From Myxococcota bacterium (GTDB taxonomy: Bacteria > Myxococcota_A > UBA9160 > UBA4427), in the NCBI GenBank assembly GCA_036336835.1, contig JAYZFK010000027.1, positions 1 to 37,152 on the forward strand: DNA of 37,152 bases, written 5' to 3'. Of the stretch, positions 9,629-19,561 are shown in pieces; the stretch's first letter is position 1; the number at the start of each line of letters is the position of its first letter. The translations under genes were made by a program, and so were the position numbers. The notes beneath the pieces were generated by a model that was not told the DNA's origin, did no database searches, and saw nothing but the letters and a program-made list of their open reading frames with translations.

Positions 9629-9644
9629 AGCAAGATCGATGCCA
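9629..9644 (-). promoter_or_regulatory. Sigma-54 (-24/-12) promoter
   Basis: Minus strand TGGCATCGATCTTGCT, i.e. GG-N10-GC closely matching TGGCAC-N5-TTGCW. Lies 75-90 nt upstream of ATG 9554. Confidence 0.75.
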
Positions 9645-9829
9645 CGTGCAGCCATCAAGCAGCTGGCCCCGGAGCCCCGCCCGGCCCAATCGAATTCGGT
9701 CGCTACCCGTAGTGCGCAACTCAATGCACAGTGGAAGCCCAGTGGGAACCCCAGCAGCGCTGTCGGGCAGCACGGAGTCCGCGGGCCGGAAGACCGCTGG
9801 CGCTCGCCCGCGGAGCGCCTTGCGACGCG

Positions 9830-11710
9830 TCAGCTTCGCGTCTCTCCGTCGCCTCCAAAGAAGCGGACGACGGTCTCGGCGTCCTTGCGCGAGATGCCGG
9901 GAACGGCCTCGAGCTGGTCGGCCGTGGCGGCCCGCACGGCGCGCAGGGAGCCCAGGTGCTTGAGCAGGGACCGCTTCTTCTTGGGCCCGATGCCGGGCAG
10001 CTCCTGCAGGATCGAGGTCAGGTTCGACCGCGAGCGGAGATCGCGCTGGAACTCGATCGCGAAGCGGTGCGATTCGTCGCGCACACGCTGGAGCAGCAGC
10101 ATGGCCTTCGAGCTCGGCGGCAGCATCACCGGGTTGGTCCGTCCGGGCAGGAAGACGCGCTCGGCCTTGAGTCCGCCACCGCGCTTGACGCGCACGGAGG
10201 GGCTGTCGTCGTCGCGCTCCTTGGCGATTCCGAGCGCGTCGACCTCGAGCCCGGCGTCCCGCAATGCGGCGCCGACGACGCCGAGCTGACCGCGACCGCC
10301 GTCGACCATCAGCAGGTCCGGCAGAGGCTCGCTCTCGACGCGTCGCAGGCGCCTCGCGAGGGTCTCCCGCAAGCAGCCGTAGTCGTCTCCCGCGGTCGCC
10401 TGCTTGATCCGGTAGCGTCGGTAGCCGCTCTTGTCGGGCTTGCCGTCCTGGAGCACGACGCGGCTTGCCACGGCAAGCGTTCCGCCCAGGTTCGAGACGT
10501 CGTAGCACTCGATCCGCCGAGGCAGCTTGCGCAGCTGGCACTTCTCGCGCAGCTCGGCGAGGGTGGCCTCGAGACTCTCGCGCTCTACCAGACGCCGCTC
10601 GAGCGCGAGCTCGGCATTGCGCGCCGCGATCCCGAGCAGCTCGCGGCTGGCGCCTCGCTGCGGTGTTCGCAGCGTCACCCGGCGGCCCTCCTTCTCGCTG
10701 AGCCACACCGCGAGCGCGGCCTCGTCCTCGGCCGGGCTGTCGGTCAGGACCTCGCGCGGCACCTTGCGGGCATGCTCCTCGCCGCCACTGCCGTAGTACT
10801 GACTGAGGAAGCTGCCGATCACCGCTCCGTCGTCGATCTCGACGTTCGAGAACGCGAAGTCCTCGGCGCCGATCACACGACCCTCACGCACGTGCAGCAC
10901 CTGGAGCGCGAGCTCGCCGCCGCGTCGCGCCAGCGCGAACACGTCGCGCTCGACCCGCGTGTCGACGACGATCTGCTGCCGCTCCACCGTGCGCTCGACC
11001 GCCGCGAGCCGGTCGCGCAGCCGCGCAGCCTGCTCGAAGTCCTCGTGCTCGGCCGCGCGGGTCATGCTCTGCTTCAGCCGCTCGACCAGCTCGTCCGAGC
11101 GGCCGCGCAGGAACAGCGCCGTCCCGCGTACGATCTCGGCGTAGTGGGCCTCCTCGACCAGCCCGCAGCACGGGCCGAGGCAGCGCTTCATCTCGTACTC
11201 GATACAGGGTCGCCCACGGCGCGCGTAGTCCTTGAAGGTGCCCTCGCTGCACGAGCGCAACGGGAAGATGCGCCGCAGGTTCGACACGGACTCCTTCATC
11301 GACAGGCTCGAGGTGTACGGCCCGAAGTACTCGGCCCCATCGCGCGCGAACTTGCGCACCTCGCGAAGCCGCGGCCACGACTCGGTCGGATCGAGCCGCA
11401 AGGACAGGTACTGCTTGTCGTCGCGCAGCCGGACGTTGAAACGCGGGCGGTGGCGCTTGATCAGCTCGTTCTCGAGCAGCAACGCGTCCTTGACCGTCGG
11501 TGTGAGCAGTACGTCCACGTCCGCCGCCTGGTCCATCAACGCGGGAATGCGTATGCGGCCGTCCCCACCGCCGATGTACTGCTTCACGCGCGCGCGCAGG
11601 TTCTGCGCCTTGCCGACGTAGAGCACGCTGCCGCGCTTGCTCTTGAACAGATAGACGCCGGGCCCAGTGGGCAGCGCCTCGGCACGCTCGGCGAGCGATT
11701 CCGATGCCAT
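9830..11710 (-). CDS. uvrC: Excinuclease ABC subunit C
   Basis: GIY-YIG (PGVYLF..LYVGKAQNLR), UVR motif, RIECYDVSN, DGGRGQL, RDESHRFA and a C-terminal HhH pair. Confidence 0.97.
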   Translation of the reverse strand: MASESLAERAEALPTGPGVYLFKSKRGSVLYVGKAQNLRARVKQYIGGGDGRIRIPALMDQAADVDVLLTPTVKDALLLENELIKRHRPRFNVRLRDDKQYLSLRLDPTESWPRLREVRKFARDGAEYFGPYTSSLSMKESVSNLRRIFPLRSCSEGTFKDYARRGRPCIEYEMKRCLGPCCGLVEEAHYAEIVRGTALFLRGRSDELVERLKQSMTRAAEHEDFEQAARLRDRLAAVERTVERQQIVVDTRVERDVFALARRGGELALQVLHVREGRVIGAEDFAFSNVEIDDGAVIGSFLSQYYGSGGEEHARKVPREVLTDSPAEDEAALAVWLSEKEGRRVTLRTPQRGASRELLGIAARNAELALERRLVERESLEATLAELREKCQLRKLPRRIECYDVSNLGGTLAVASRVVLQDGKPDKSGYRRYRIKQATAGDDYGCLRETLARRLRRVESEPLPDLLMVDGGRGQLGVVGAALRDAGLEVDALGIAKERDDDSPSVRVKRGGGLKAERVFLPGRTNPVMLPPSSKAMLLLQRVRDESHRFAIEFQRDLRSRSNLTSILQELPGIGPKKKRSLLKHLGSLRAVRAATADQLEAVPGISRKDAETVVRFFGGDGETRS

Positions 11711-11717
11711 GCTGGCT

Positions 11718-13733
11718 TCAGGCCCCGCGCAGACGCTCTTCCTCGAGCGTGCGGATGCGGTCGCGCAGCTCGGCCGCGACCTCGAATTCGAGCTGTGCGG
11801 CCGCCTCGCGCATCTCCTTGCGCAGCGCCTCGATCAGCTTCGGCAGCTCATGGGGCGGGATTTCCGGCTCTGCGCGCTCGTCCTGCCGGCGCACCGTCAC
11901 GTAGTCCTGCTCCCAGATCGAATCGCGCAGGCTCGAGATCGCCTTGCTGACCGTCTTCGGCGTGATGCCGTGCTGCTGATTGTAGGCGTGCTGGAGAGTG
12001 CGTCGGCGCTCGGTCTCGGACACGGTCCTGCGAATCGAGTCGGTCTCACAGTCGGCGTACAGGATCACGCGCCCGCCGACGTTGCGCGCCGCGCGGCCGA
12101 TCGTCTGGATCAGCGAGCGGGCCGAGCGCAGGAAGCCCTCTTTGTCCGCATCGAGGATCCCGACGAGCGCGACCTCGGGGATGTCGAGCCCTTCGCGCAG
12201 CAGGTTGATGCCGACCAGCACATCGTAGGCGCCCTCGCGCAACTCGCGAATGATCTCCATGCGCTCGAGCGTCTTGATGTCGCTGTGCAGATAGCGGATC
12301 CGCACCCCGAGCTCGGCGTAGTACTCGGTCAGCTCCTCGGCCATTCGCTTGGTGAGCGTCGTGACCAGCACCCGGTCGCCGGCCTCGACCACGCTGCGAA
12401 TCTCGCCGAGCAGATCGTCGATCTGCCCGCTCGCGGGGCGGATCTCGAGCTCGGGGTCGATCAGCCCGGTTGGCCGGATGATCTGCTCGACGACCACGCC
12501 CTTCGAGCGCTCGAGCTCGTAGTCGGCCGGCGTGGCCGACAGATAGATCCGCTGCCTGGCGCGCTCCTCCCACTCCTCCATGCGGAGCGGGCGATTGTCG
12601 AGCGCCGAAGGCAGCCGCCAGCCGTACTCGACCAGTGTCTCCTTGCGAGCGCGGTCGCCGCGAGACATGCCACCGATCTGTGGCACCGAGATGTGGCTCT
12701 CGTCGAGCACGACCAGAGTCTCGTCGGGCAGGTAGTCGTACAACGTGTACGGCGTCTGCCCGGCGTCCCGCCCATCGAGCCAGCGCGAGTAGTTCTCGAC
12801 ACCGTGACAGAACCCCATCTCCTGCAGCATCTCGAGGTCGTACATCGTGCGCTGCTCGAGCCGCTGCGCCTCGAGCAGCTTGTCCTGACGCCGGAAGTGC
12901 TCGAGCCGCTCCCCCAGCTCGTCCTGGATGCCCGAGATGGCCTGCTTGATCCGGTCGTCCGTGGCGACGTAGTGGCTGGCGGGAAAGACCAGCGCCCGCT
13001 TCGGCCGCCCGACCACCTTGCCCCGAAGTGGATCGATCTCGCTGATGGCCTCGACCTCGTCGCCAAAGAACTCGACGCGAAGTGCCCGCTCGGCCTCGTA
13101 TTGCGGGAAGATCTCGACGATGTCGCCGCGCACGCGAAAGGTGCCGCGATGGAAGTCGTGGTCGTTGCGCGCGTACTGCATGTCGACCAACTCGCGCAGC
13201 AGGTGGTCGCGCACCAGGGGCTGACCCGTCTCGATGTAGACATGCATCTCGCCGTAGTTCTCGGGCGCACCCAGGCCGTAGATGCAGGAGACGCTCGCGA
13301 TCACCAGTACGTCGCGCCGCGTCAGCAGCGAGTGCGTCGTCGAGTGGCGGAGCTTGTCGATCTCGTCGTTGATCGACGAATCCTTCTCGATGTAGGTATC
13401 GCTCGCCGCGATGTAGGCCTCGGGCTGATAGTAGTCGTAGTACGAGACGAAGTACTCGACGGCGTTGTTCGGGAACAACCCCTTGAACTCCGAGTAGAGC
13501 TGTGCAGCGAGCGTCTTGTTCGGCGACATCACGAGAGCCGGCCGGTTGAGCTGAGCGATCGCACAGGCAACGGTGAAGGTCTTGCCGCTGCCCGTGACAC
13601 CGAGCAAGGTCTGGTGCTCGTCGCCCCGCAGCACGCCTTCGACCAACTGATCGATCGCCCGGGGTTGATCGCCCTGCGGCTGGAACTCGGTCACCAGCTC
13701 GAAGTCGCGCTCGCTGCGCTCACGAAGGCTCAC
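11718..13733 (-). CDS. uvrB: Excinuclease ABC subunit B
   Basis: PQGDQP, Walker [39 protein letters not shown] and a C-terminal UVR domain. GTG 13733 overlaps the cysS stop (GTGA). Confidence 0.97.
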   Translation of the reverse strand: MSLRERSERDFELVTEFQPQGDQPRAIDQLVEGVLRGDEHQTLLGVTGSGKTFTVACAIAQLNRPALVMSPNKTLAAQLYSEFKGLFPNNAVEYFVSYYDYYQPEAYIAASDTYIEKDSSINDEIDKLRHSTTHSLLTRRDVLVIASVSCIYGLGAPENYGEMHVYIETGQPLVRDHLLRELVDMQYARNDHDFHRGTFRVRGDIVEIFPQYEAERALRVEFFGDEVEAISEIDPLRGKVVGRPKRALVFPASHYVATDDRIKQAISGIQDELGERLEHFRRQDKLLEAQRLEQRTMYDLEMLQEMGFCHGVENYSRWLDGRDAGQTPYTLYDYLPDETLVVLDESHISVPQIGGMSRGDRARKETLVEYGWRLPSALDNRPLRMEEWEERARQRIYLSATPADYELERSKGVVVEQIIRPTGLIDPELEIRPASGQIDDLLGEIRSVVEAGDRVLVTTLTKRMAEELTEYYAELGVRIRYLHSDIKTLERMEIIRELREGAYDVLVGINLLREGLDIPEVALVGILDADKEGFLRSARSLIQTIGRAARNVGGRVILYADCETDSIRRTVSETERRRTLQHAYNQQHGITPKTVSKAISSLRDSIWEQDYVTVRRQDERAEPEIPPHELPKLIEALRKEMREAAAQLEFEVAAELRDRIRTLEEERLRGA

Positions 13734-15136
13734 CGACGACGCCACACAGGGCCGTCGGGCGTGTCCACGATCTCGATGCCCTCGGCCGCCAGCGCGTCGC
13801 GGATGCGATCGGCGCTGGCGAAGTCCCGGGCCGCGCGTGCCTGATCGCGCTCGGCGAGCAGGGCCTCGATGCGCGGGTCGCTCTCCACCGGAGCAGCGGC
13901 GGGCGCGGCCTCGGCGAGCCCGAGCCCGAGCCCCTCGTCGAACTCGAGCAGCAGCGCGCGTTTGTCGACGTCCGACAGCCCGTGGCTGTGCACGGCGTCC
14001 CAGACCGCGGCCAGCGCCTTGGGCGCATTCAGGTCGTCGCACATGGCCGCGGCGAAGGCCTCCCGGTACGGCTGCTGCGCAGCGGGATCGGGCTCGCCCG
14101 AGGCGTCCGCCAATCCCGCCAGGAATGCCCCGAGCCGCCGCCAGCTCGTCTCGGCGGCTCGGATCGCCTCGAGCTTGAAGCTCTGCGGAATCCGGTACGC
14201 AGCCTGGAGCAGGAACATCCGGTAGCCGAGAGGGTGGATGCCCTGGTCGACCAGGTCCTGCAGCACCAGCACGTGCCCCTTCGACTTCGACATCTTCTCG
14301 CCGGACAAGTTGATGAAGGCGTTGTGCAGCCAGTAGCGGACCCATGGGCGCTTTCCGTAGCCGCACTCGCTCTGGGCGATCTCGTTGGTGTGATGGACCG
14401 CGATGTGGTCCTCCCCACCGGTGTGGACATCGAACTGCTCGCCCAGATACCGGGTGCTCATCGCCGAGCACTCGAGGTGCCAGCCGGGAAATCCACGGCC
14501 CCAGGGCGAATCCCATTCCTGTTGTCGCTCCACACCGGCCTCGGCAAATTTCCAGATCGCGAAGTCGGCCGGGTTGCGCTTGCCGGTAACCTCGGCGATG
14601 CGCCCGCCCCCTTCCTGGGCAGCCAGGTCGAGCCGGGCGAACTCCGCATAGCGGTCGAACTTCGAGGTGTCGAAGTACACCCCGTCCGGCAGCGTATAGG
14701 TGTAGCCCGCACTCTCGAGCCGCTGGCCGAGATCGATCTGCTCCGCGATGTGCTCGGTGGCCTTGCACAGCACATCGGCCGGCAGGCAGCCGAGCCGCGC
14801 AACGTCGTCCACCCACTCCTGCGTGTAGCGGGCGGCGATCTTCTCGGCGCGCTCGCCGCTCTTGCGCGCGGCAACCTCCATCTTGTCCTCACCGGCGTCG
14901 GCGTCATCGGTCAGGTGACCGACATCGGTGATGTTGATGACGTGAGTCACTGCGTAACCGAGCGAGCGCAGCGTGCGCTTCAGCAGATCCGCAAACAAGT
15001 AGGCACGCATGTTGCCGATGTGCTGGGGCGCATAGACCGTGGGGCCGCAGCTGTACATGCGGACGACGCCGGGGTCGAGCGATTCGAACGGCTCCTTGGA
15101 GCGCGTGGCGGTGTTGTAGACCAGAAGCCGGGTCAC
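13730..15136 (-). CDS. cysS: Cysteine--tRNA ligase
   Basis: [33 protein letters not shown] and the anticodon domain ADRIRDAL. Confidence 0.96.
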   Translation of the reverse strand: MTRLLVYNTATRSKEPFESLDPGVVRMYSCGPTVYAPQHIGNMRAYLFADLLKRTLRSLGYAVTHVINITDVGHLTDDADAGEDKMEVAARKSGERAEKIAARYTQEWVDDVARLGCLPADVLCKATEHIAEQIDLGQRLESAGYTYTLPDGVYFDTSKFDRYAEFARLDLAAQEGGGRIAEVTGKRNPADFAIWKFAEAGVERQQEWDSPWGRGFPGWHLECSAMSTRYLGEQFDVHTGGEDHIAVHHTNEIAQSECGYGKRPWVRYWLHNAFINLSGEKMSKSKGHVLVLQDLVDQGIHPLGYRMFLLQAAYRIPQSFKLEAIRAAETSWRRLGAFLAGLADASGEPDPAAQQPYREAFAAAMCDDLNAPKALAAVWDAVHSHGLSDVDKRALLLEFDEGLGLGLAEAAPAAAPVESDPRIEALLAERDQARAARDFASADRIRDALAAEGIEIVDTPDGPVWRRR

Positions 15137-15633
15137 GCGAGTCCATCTCCTTCCTGGGGAATCAGCAACACGACCGCCTGGGCGCCGATGCCCTCTTGGC
15201 GGCCGATCGCTCCCAGACCATCGGTGCTCGTCACCTTGAGGTTCACCGCTGCCTCGTCGGCGCCGAGGATCTCCGCCAGACGCTTGCGCATCGCCGGCTG
15301 GTGCGGCGACAGGCGCGGCACCTGCGCCAGGATCGTCGCGTCGAGATTACCGAGCCGGTAGCCCGCTGCCGCCATCCTCGCGACCACGCGAGCGAGCAGC
15401 TCGGCACTGGCGACGTCGCGCAGGCTCTCGTCCGAAGACGGGAAGTGCGCGCCGAGGTCGCCGAGGCCGAGCGCGCCCAGGATCGCGTCCGCCACGGCGT
15501 GCAACAGCACATCGCCGTCCGAGTGGCCCGCGAGGCCGCGGTCGAACGGGAGCTCGACTCCGCCGAGCCAGAGCGGGCGGTCGGCGACCAGCCGGTGGAA
15601 GTCGACCCCCTGTCCGATCCGCACGCCACTCAC
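15133..15633 (-). CDS. ispF: 2-C-methyl-D-erythritol 2,4-cyclodiphosphate synthase
   Basis: RIGQGVDFH, GHSDGDVLLHA, GDLGAHFP, GRQEGI. GTG 15633 overlaps the ispD stop. Confidence 0.96.
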   Translation of the reverse strand: MSGVRIGQGVDFHRLVADRPLWLGGVELPFDRGLAGHSDGDVLLHAVADAILGALGLGDLGAHFPSSDESLRDVASAELLARVVARMAAAGYRLGNLDATILAQVPRLSPHQPAMRKRLAEILGADEAAVNLKVTSTDGLGAIGRQEGIGAQAVVLLIPQEGDGLA

Positions 15634-16322
15634 GTCACGCCCTCCCCGGCCGAGCGGAGCCACTGCTCGGCCAGCGCGAGATCGGCGGGCCAGGTGATCT
15701 TGAGATTGCGCTCGCCGCCGAGCGCCACACGGATCTCGACCCCCAGGCGCTCGACGAGCTGCGCGTCGTCGCTGCCGAGGAAGCCGTCGGCCTGCGCCTT
15801 GTCGTGCGCTTCGGCGAGCAGATCCCTGCGGAACACCTGGGGCGTCTGGGCGGCCCAGCAGGCGGCGCGGTCGAGCGTCCGTGTGACCGCGCCATCCGAG
15901 ACCAGCTTGATGGTGTCGCTCGCCGGACGCGCGAGGATGGCCGCGCCGGTCTCCGCGGCCGCCTCGATCACCCGGCGCACGTCCGCGGGCTCGACCAGAC
16001 AGCGCGCGGCATCGTGGACCACGACCCAGCGCACCTCGCGGGGCAATGCGGCGAGCCCGGCGGCCACGGACTCCTGGCGCTCGGCACCGCCCACGACCGG
16101 ACCCGCGATCCGCGGGTCGGCCGCTACACCCGTGAGCTCCGGAGCGTCGTGGGGGACCACGGGCTGGACCCGCCCGATCTGCTCGACGCACAGCAGACGC
16201 TCGATCGACCGCCCGAGCATGGTCACCCCGCCAACGGGCACGAACGCCTTGGGCAGCTCCGAGCCCAGCCGCTCCCCGCGACCAGCCGCCAATACCAGCG
16301 CTGCTACCGGCTCGTCCCGCAC
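15630..16322 (-). CDS. ispD: 2-C-methyl-D-erythritol 4-phosphate cytidylyltransferase
   Basis: LAAGRGERLG..PKAF, GGAERQESV, VHDAAR, AQTPQVF, NLKITWPADL. Start placed at GTG 16322. Confidence 0.95.
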   Translation of the reverse strand: MRDEPVAALVLAAGRGERLGSELPKAFVPVGGVTMLGRSIERLLCVEQIGRVQPVVPHDAPELTGVAADPRIAGPVVGGAERQESVAAGLAALPREVRWVVVHDAARCLVEPADVRRVIEAAAETGAAILARPASDTIKLVSDGAVTRTLDRAACWAAQTPQVFRRDLLAEAHDKAQADGFLGSDDAQLVERLGVEIRVALGGERNLKITWPADLALAEQWLRSAGEGVT

Positions 16323-16466
16323 GTCTCGGAGGATACTCGCCGGATCGGCACCTCGCCCCCGGAAGCCCCTGTATTTGCGGCCGATTCTGGACCGATTCGG
16401 CCCCACGACAGGCCCGCCATCGCTCGGCTAGAGTGCGCAGCCAGCGTTCGAGGAGGACAGCCTACG

Positions 16467-18071
16467 ATGCGACTCATTCTTGCCGCCGGCGCTCTGATCG
16501 TCGCGACCGCCAGCCTAGTCGCCCGAGCCGAGACGCCCGCAGCCAGCGACTCCGGCAGCGGGATGACGCCCGCGCTCCGCGGCTCGCTCACGCTGTCGCT
16601 GGCCGACGCCATCGCGATGGGACTCGAGAACAACCTCGACATCGAGGTCGAGCGTCACGCGCCGCTGATCGCCGAGGAGGACTACCAGATCTCCTGGGGC
16701 GCCTACGATCCGATCCTGGGCGGCGAGGCCGGCTTCGCCCGGGATCAGCCAGTCACCGCCAATCCGCTGTTCGCGACTAGCGGCACCAACGAGCGCGCAG
16801 ACGGCAGCGCAGGGCTCAGCGGCATGGTGCCGATCCTCGGCGCGACCTACGCGATCGATTTTCTCGGGGACCGCAGCGACTCCCTGATCTTCATCCAGCC
16901 CTTCAGTCCCCAGTACACCTCCGATCTCAGCTTCAGCGGCAGCCTGCCGCTGCTGCGGGGACTGGTCTGGAACCAGGCGTGGACCGGGATTCGGACGAGC
17001 GACGCGCTGCGCGACGAGGTCCTCGAGAACTTTCGTGCGAACGTGATGAACGCGGTGCTGGAGATCGAGACCCGGTACTGGGAGCTGGTGGCCAGCCGCG
17101 AGCAGCTCGGCGTGGCCCACAAGAGCCTCGAGACCGCGAATGCCCTGCTCGACCAGGTCGAGACCCAGTACGAGGTCGGTGTCGTCTCCAGGGTCGAGGT
17201 GGTGGAAGCCGAAGCGGGCGTCGCCGACCGCGACTTCCGCCTGATCGTGGCGAAGAACCTGTATCGAACGGCCCAGGACGACCTGATCGATGTCGTGCTC
17301 GGCTCGCACTTCACGGCCGCCTCGACGCTCGAGTTCGATCCAACCGAGGCGCCCGAGTCGTACACGATCTATCAGGTCGATGTGCCGCAGGCCGTCGAGA
17401 TTGCCTTCCGCCAACGGCCGGAGCTGAGCGCGGCCCGGGACGCGGTCGAGCGACGGGAGATCGAGCTGCGCTTCCGGCGCAACGAGCGCCTCCCGCAGCT
17501 CGATCTGCGCGGCCGCTATGGCGTCGAGGGCCTCGCAGGACGCAACGGAACCGACTTCCAGACCCGCGAACCCATTCCCGAAGCAGCAGCGGGGAGCAAC
17601 TTCAACAATGCGCCGCGCTCGTTCTTCACCAGCAACGACGGCAGCGCCTGGGACGTGCGAGCCGTCCTGTCGGTTCCGATCGGCAACATCGCGGGGCGCC
17701 ACGGCGTGAGCAAGGCCCAGCTGGAGCTGCACCGTTCGGAGACGCTGGTCAAGCGCCTGCGTCAGCAAATCATCCTCCAGGTCCGCAAGAGCGCCCGGGA
17801 CCTGCTGTCGGGCGTCGAGGGCGTCGAGGCAGCCGAGCGACGCCGGCTCGCAGCGGCTGAGCAGCTGCGAGCCGAGAGGGTTCGCCTCGAGCACGGCGAA
17901 TCGACGCCCTTCGACGTGCTGCAGCGCGAGAGCGACCTGGTCGACGCGGAGAGCCAGAAGATCGGCGCGCTCCGGACCTACCGGCTCGCGGAGGCGGAAC
18001 TCCTGAGGGCCCAGGGAACGAGCCTACAGGCCCGGAACGTGGTCTTCGAGGAAGTCGCGCCGCTACGGTGA
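16467..18071 (+). CDS. TolC-family outer membrane efflux protein
   Basis: SD GAGGAGG then ATG 16467. Signal peptide, LSLADAIAMGLENN, two OEP-type repeats (YWELVA..., RPEL..., LPQLDL, G.STPFDVL). Confidence 0.88.
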   Translation: MRLILAAGALIVATASLVARAETPAASDSGSGMTPALRGSLTLSLADAIAMGLENNLDIEVERHAPLIAEEDYQISWGAYDPILGGEAGFARDQPVTANPLFATSGTNERADGSAGLSGMVPILGATYAIDFLGDRSDSLIFIQPFSPQYTSDLSFSGSLPLLRGLVWNQAWTGIRTSDALRDEVLENFRANVMNAVLEIETRYWELVASREQLGVAHKSLETANALLDQVETQYEVGVVSRVEVVEAEAGVADRDFRLIVAKNLYRTAQDDLIDVVLGSHFTAASTLEFDPTEAPESYTIYQVDVPQAVEIAFRQRPELSAARDAVERREIELRFRRNERLPQLDLRGRYGVEGLAGRNGTDFQTREPIPEAAAGSNFNNAPRSFFTSNDGSAWDVRAVLSVPIGNIAGRHGVSKAQLELHRSETLVKRLRQQIILQVRKSARDLLSGVEGVEAAERRRLAAAEQLRAERVRLEHGESTPFDVLQRESDLVDAESQKIGALRTYRLAEAELLRAQGTSLQARNVVFEEVAPLR

Positions 18072-18098
18072 TAGGCTCGCCCCGTACGGAGGAGATCG

Positions 18099-18587
18099 GT
18101 GAGCCTGTTCGGCGGACGGCGAGAAGATCCGGGAAGCGACGCTCCGCAGGTGACGATCGCCGGGTCGCGGAGAGAACAACGAGGAACGGGCGACCGCGCG
18201 TCGCCGCAAGGGGGAACTGTGGCCAACATCGGCAAATCGATCATCTTCAAGGGCGACCTGTCCGGCGACGAGGACCTACAGATCGACGGTCAGGTAGAAG
18301 GCGGTGTCCAGCTCGCAAACCACCAGCTGACGATCAGCGAGACGGGACGAGTCCAGGCACAGCTCTACGCCAAGGACGTGATCGTGATTGGCCACGTGAC
18401 CGGCAACATCACGGCAACCGAGCGCGTCGAGATTCAGGTCAACGGCGTGGTCGAGGGCGACATCCACTCCCCGCGGCTGATCGTTGCCGATGGTGCGGTG
18501 CTCAACGGCACGGTCGAGATGAGCAAGGAGCAGCCCAAACGAAGCCCCGCGGATCTCCCGCCCAAAGTGCCCAGCGAATCCGATTGA
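18099..18587 (+). CDS. Bactofilin (polymer-forming cytoskeletal protein)
   Basis: ANIGKSIIFKGDLSGDEDLQIDGQVEG...G.V.GNI.A..RVEI...G.V.GDI....L.VADGAVLNG beta-helix pattern. SD GGAGGAG. Confidence 0.93.
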   Translation: MSLFGGRREDPGSDAPQVTIAGSRREQRGTGDRASPQGGTVANIGKSIIFKGDLSGDEDLQIDGQVEGGVQLANHQLTISETGRVQAQLYAKDVIVIGHVTGNITATERVEIQVNGVVEGDIHSPRLIVADGAVLNGTVEMSKEQPKRSPADLPPKVPSESD

Positions 18588-18594
18588 GCGCGGC

Positions 18595-19551
18595 TCAGAC
18601 CTTGCCGTAGCGCTGCTCCAGGAACAGCAGGGTCGGCGCGGCGATGTAGACGGACGAGTAGGTACCGACGACGATTCCGATCAGCATCGCGACCGCGAAG
18701 GGACGGATCACATCTCCGCCGAGCACGGCCAGGCTGCCGACGGCGGCAAAGGTGGTCGCCGAGGTCAGGACTGTCCGCGACAGGGTCTGGTTCACACTCT
18801 GATTGAGCACGGCCTCGAGGTCGCGGGCGGTGTGCAGCTCGAGATTCTCGCGAATCCGGTCGTAGATGATGATCGTGTCGTTCAGGCTGTAGCCGAGGAT
18901 CGCGAGCATCGCGGCCAGGATGCGCAGGTCGAACTCCCAGCCCAGGATCACGAAGACACCGGCGGCGATCGTCAGGTCGTGGAGCACTGCCACGATCGCG
19001 CCGGGCGCGAAGCGCGAGCTGAAGCGAACCGCGATGTAGATCAGGGTGAAGAGCGCGGCAAAGCCCAGCGCCCTCAGGCCGTCATCGCGGAGCTCGGCTC
19101 CCACGCGCGGACCGACGAAGTCGATCCGCTCGACGCGCAGGCCTCCGATCACCTCGTTGAGCGCACGGGTCACGGCCGTGATGCGGTTGTTCCGCGCCTG
19201 CTCACCGCGCGGTGCGGACGCGTCCACCTCCTGAGCCTCCTCGGGCAGCGCGGTCGTCTGGAAGCGCACCAGGAACTCGTTGGCGTCACGGGCGCCGAAG
19301 CGCACGACCGAGAGCCCGCTGATCCCCGGCAGGTCGGCGAGCGCGTCGCGCACGCTCCCTTCTCCCACCGGCTCGCCGAGGAACTTGGCGTGGATCTCTG
19401 TCCCGCCAGCGAAGTCGATTCCGAGCTTCACGCCTCTGGCGAACACAGCGGTCACGCCCGCCACGATCAGCACGGCCGAGATGCCGGCACAGATGTGCCG
19501 CTTGCCGATGAAGTCGATGTTCGTTCCGGCCGGAACGATCTCGAAGGGCAC
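18595..19551 (-). CDS. secF: Protein translocase subunit SecF
   Basis: GIDFAGG, VGPRVGAEL, LHD, GYSLNDTIIIYDRIRE, QTLSRT, GTYSS. Confidence 0.96.
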   Translation of the reverse strand: MPFEIVPAGTNIDFIGKRHICAGISAVLIVAGVTAVFARGVKLGIDFAGGTEIHAKFLGEPVGEGSVRDALADLPGISGLSVVRFGARDANEFLVRFQTTALPEEAQEVDASAPRGEQARNNRITAVTRALNEVIGGLRVERIDFVGPRVGAELRDDGLRALGFAALFTLIYIAVRFSSRFAPGAIVAVLHDLTIAAGVFVILGWEFDLRILAAMLAILGYSLNDTIIIYDRIRENLELHTARDLEAVLNQSVNQTLSRTVLTSATTFAAVGSLAVLGGDVIRPFAVAMLIGIVVGTYSSVYIAAPTLLFLEQRYGKV

Positions 19552-19561
19552 GGCAACCTCC

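Noticed and set aside
11718..14816. Apparent 1032-aa UvrB with an N-terminal extension
   Set aside because: The extension is an alternative frame of cysS. The real start is GTG 13733 at the GTGA overlap.
15005..15055. HIGN instead of HIGH in CysRS as a sign of inactivation
   Set aside because: HIGN is a common functional variant in CysRS. The zinc ligands and KMSKS are intact.
15804..16466. N-terminal extension making TolC 755 aa
   Set aside because: It overlaps ispD antisense. A strong SD and signal peptide define ATG 16467.
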